This document shows, in pieces, positions 61,958-64,000 of a stretch of 64,000 nucleotides of DNA. The stretch comes from Candidatus Poribacteria bacterium (lineage in GTDB: Bacteria; Poribacteria; WGA-4E; WGA-3G). Where the stretch lies: NCBI GenBank assembly GCA_009843785.1, contig VYCT01000369.1, positions 3,655-67,654 on the forward strand, read 5' to 3'. A program made the position numbers and the translations under genes. Within the stretch, counting starts at the first letter, position 1. Every line of letters begins with the position of its first letter. Under the pieces are notes generated by a model, which saw nothing but the letters and a program-made list of their open reading frames with translations, had not been told where the DNA came from and did not search any database.

Positions 61958-63158
61958 CGCGTTTGGGAAACAGTGTCTCTAAGAACGCCGAGATTTCAGG
62001 GGATACTGAAGCGTCAGGGCTCACGTGCTCCCACCCGATTTCGCCGAACAGGAGTTGCCAGAAATCTGCTTCGGATAGATCAACGCCTAAGTCAACTGCG
62101 TCGGCATCTTCAGGAACGATTTGCAGCGTGCCATCGGCATTGTGTCGTATCACTATCTGTTGGTTGTTGGGGACAGGTAGTTTGACGGCGAGCGGTGTAA
62201 ATGTTTCTTTGGCATCCGCAATTCGCGATTCCCACCCGACGACAAGGCGACGCAAAAGCACCGATAAGTCCACAGCATAGAGCATCATCTTCGATCGTTC
62301 TGTTGGCGTTACGGGACTGTTACACGCTGCTATCAGGCGTTCCGCAAACGGATGCTGAGACGGAAATTTGACCTCTATCTTCTCAATCTCTTGTGCTGCA
62401 CACGCTTTCAGCAGGTGAGATACGAGCGCATTCAAGACTTCTAACTTGTTAGGGACACATCCTACCTCATGCACTTCCACAGTTTTTTCGTCCATCTCAT
62501 AATTGAGATACCCGCTGATGTGTCCATCTCGGCGTGCAATGACGGTTGGAAGGACACCTCGGATACGGCACGGTGCCATATCCCAATAAGCACGCGTCCT
62601 CGCGATAGTCCCGCTCTGCTGTGCATTAGCGATGTCATATAGTTCGGCTACAGCATCTAAATCTGTCTCCGGATTAAAATCGGTTACCTGCCACTCCGAC
62701 GAGGCTGCCGCCTGTGCTGCTGCATCGCACGCTATACTGAAGCCGTGTAGCGGAAAAGATGTCCATCCGAGTTGCCGATAAAACGCCTCGGGGATGATAG
62801 TGAAAAGCACACCCAGATCACATCCGATTGTCCGTAGATAGTCAATAGTATCCCGCATGAGCGCGGACGCGTAACCAACGCTACGATAGTTCGGATGTGT
62901 GCAGACACCCCCAATACCGCCCATTGTTACGAGGGACGCGCCGACCCACATCCGCCGTTCCCAGACGCGCAAGGTCGAAACAACTCTATCGTTCACGACA
63001 ACAACACGGGTTTGTGAGGGACGATAACTGCTATCGCCTTTTATATACTGCCAATAGCGTTCATGACCCTCTGGGTTAAACGCTACGCAGCTAAGTTCAA
63101 CGACTTGTTCTAATTCTGATTCACGCGCGCCTCTAATTTCCATATTCTGAATAATCAC
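61926..63158 (-). CDS. GNAT N-acetyltransferase, Eis-like (GNAT plus SCP2-like C-terminus)
   Basis: GIGGVCTHPNYRSVGYASALMRD acetyl-CoA motif A. The 410-aa length and two-lobed layout fit the Eis family. Confidence 0.65.
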   Translation of the reverse strand: MIIQNMEIRGARESELEQVVELSCVAFNPEGHERYWQYIKGDSSYRPSQTRVVVVNDRVVSTLRVWERRMWVGASLVTMGGIGGVCTHPNYRSVGYASALMRDTIDYLRTIGCDLGVLFTIIPEAFYRQLGWTSFPLHGFSIACDAAAQAAASSEWQVTDFNPETDLDAVAELYDIANAQQSGTIARTRAYWDMAPCRIRGVLPTVIARRDGHISGYLNYEMDEKTVEVHEVGCVPNKLEVLNALVSHLLKACAAQEIEKIEVKFPSQHPFAERLIAACNSPVTPTERSKMMLYAVDLSVLLRRLVVGWESRIADAKETFTPLAVKLPVPNNQQIVIRHNADGTLQIVPEDADAVDLGVDLSEADFWQLLFGEIGWEHVSPDASVSPEISAFLETLFPKRDVIFWVPDQY

Positions 63159-63303
63159 CTTTCATTAACAAAAAACTCGTTCGTAGTAGCGCAATTCTGC
63201 GGCGTACTCGCCCAAATGCGACGTGCATTATTGCGCCTTGGACATGCGACATTACCTATGCGTTTCAAAATCTCTGAAATGCGATTTTTTTTCAGATTTG
63301 GTA

Positions 63304-64000
63304 TTACATCGAAAAAACAACACCTAACGCTTCATTTGGGGTTTGGATCAATTTCTCACACGCCTCGGAGGCTTGATCAATCGGCACAACATCCGTAATC
63401 AATGGTTGCACCTGAATTTTGCCTTCGGACATCAGCCGCAGCGATAACTCTAAATTGCGCTGTGTCGGCCACGGCACAAACACCGGCGGGTAATCCGCGC
63501 CGTGCTCATAATCTTCGTCGTGGTAGCCGGGTCCGGTACGTGCCGCGCTGATAACATCTACATTGCCGAGGCCTGCCGCAAAGCCGTGCGTAATGCTCGC
63601 ACCACCGACAATAACAATCCGTCCCATCTTGTGCGTATCGGGTGCTGTCTTCAGCATTGCCCGGATCTGCTGAAACGCGCTGGTCGCATCACCACCGAAA
63701 GCGATAATCCCACAATCCATGCCGTAACCATTGGTAAACTCATTTGCGATGGGAATCGGATCCGTTTCCGATACGTTTATTGCGCGGTGTATCCCAGCCC
63801 CATCGTTTAGACAAAAGTCAGCAATCCCTATCCGTAATGGCAATTGGTCTAAACCGATAACGTAAGCACCCGCTGTTTTGGCAATTTGGCACGCAAATTG
63901 CCCAACGATACCCAACCCTGCAACGACAACGTTCTCACCGATACGGATACGCCCGCGTTGTACGGCGTGCAATGCCGTTGCCGCAAGGTGAATAGAAGCA
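63304..64000 (-). CDS. Medium-chain (zinc-type) alcohol dehydrogenase family protein, 5' end outside the window
   Basis: VVVAGLGIVGQFACQIAKTAGAYVIGLD Rossmann GxGxxG. The reading frame stays open up to position 64000, so the ORF-track TTG start at 63972 is probably internal. Confidence 0.7.
   Translation of the reverse strand, partial: ASIHLAATALHAVQRGRIRIGENVVVAGLGIVGQFACQIAKTAGAYVIGLDQLPLRIGIADFCLNDGAGIHRAINVSETDPIPIANEFTNGYGMDCGIIAFGGDATSAFQQIRAMLKTAPDTHKMGRIVIVGGASITHGFAAGLGNVDVISAARTGPGYHDEDYEHGADYPPVFVPWPTQRNLELSLRLMSEGKIQVQPLITDVVPIDQASEACEKLIQTPNEALGVVFSM

Noticed and set aside
63270-63300. A rho-independent terminator after the dehydrogenase gene (TCTGAAA...TTTCAGA)
   Set aside because: The stem is 7 bp and almost entirely A/T, with a poorly defined loop. 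It is not convincing as an intrinsic terminator.

Overview
A 64-kb chromosomal segment of a Gram-negative-type bacterium (lpxB and lpxK are present), mostly about 50-55% G+C. No rRNA, tRNA or CRISPR array was recognised. Housekeeping genes: lpxK, lpxB, argC, queC and a fused NuoE-NuoF module. The accessory content is large. It includes four phytanoyl-CoA-dioxygenase (PhyH) paralogs with DUF6807 and Gfo/Idh/MocA partners. It also includes GH32, GH95, mannonate dehydratase, a Cys-type sulfatase and three secreted LamG/ConA-like proteins. Many eukaryote-like repeat or domain proteins are present (WD40, TPR, ankyrin, a VHL-beta-like domain), and there is a cyclase-STAND signalling protein. This gene mix resembles sponge-symbiont or marine heterotroph lineages such as Poribacteria, but that is only a weak inference. 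The four most unusual things are as follows. (1) A lidless Hsp70 is followed by three tandem paralogs. Each fuses a J-like domain without HPD to an FGE-sulfatase-fold domain that lacks the catalytic cysteine pair. (2) A low-GC operon encodes a 1483-aa NO VEIN-like GHKL ATPase-DUF3883 protein, a PD-(D/E)XK nuclease and a C5 DNA methyltransferase. A second low-GC NUDIX plus frameshifted ATPase patch lies nearby. (3) An identical 27-bp GTAG-headed palindrome sits in frame inside two unrelated genes (lpxB and a LarA-like gene). It belongs to a wider set of REP-like GTAG hairpins. (4) A family of intergenic elements is built from 7-nt-periodic tandem repeats arranged as inverted arms around GGTTAAG/CTTAACC. 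These elements fill the spacers between co-directional genes. Two genes are interrupted: a WD40 gene by one in-frame TGA, and an AAA ATPase by a frameshift in an A8 run. All functional calls come from motif recognition by eye, and no database search was possible.
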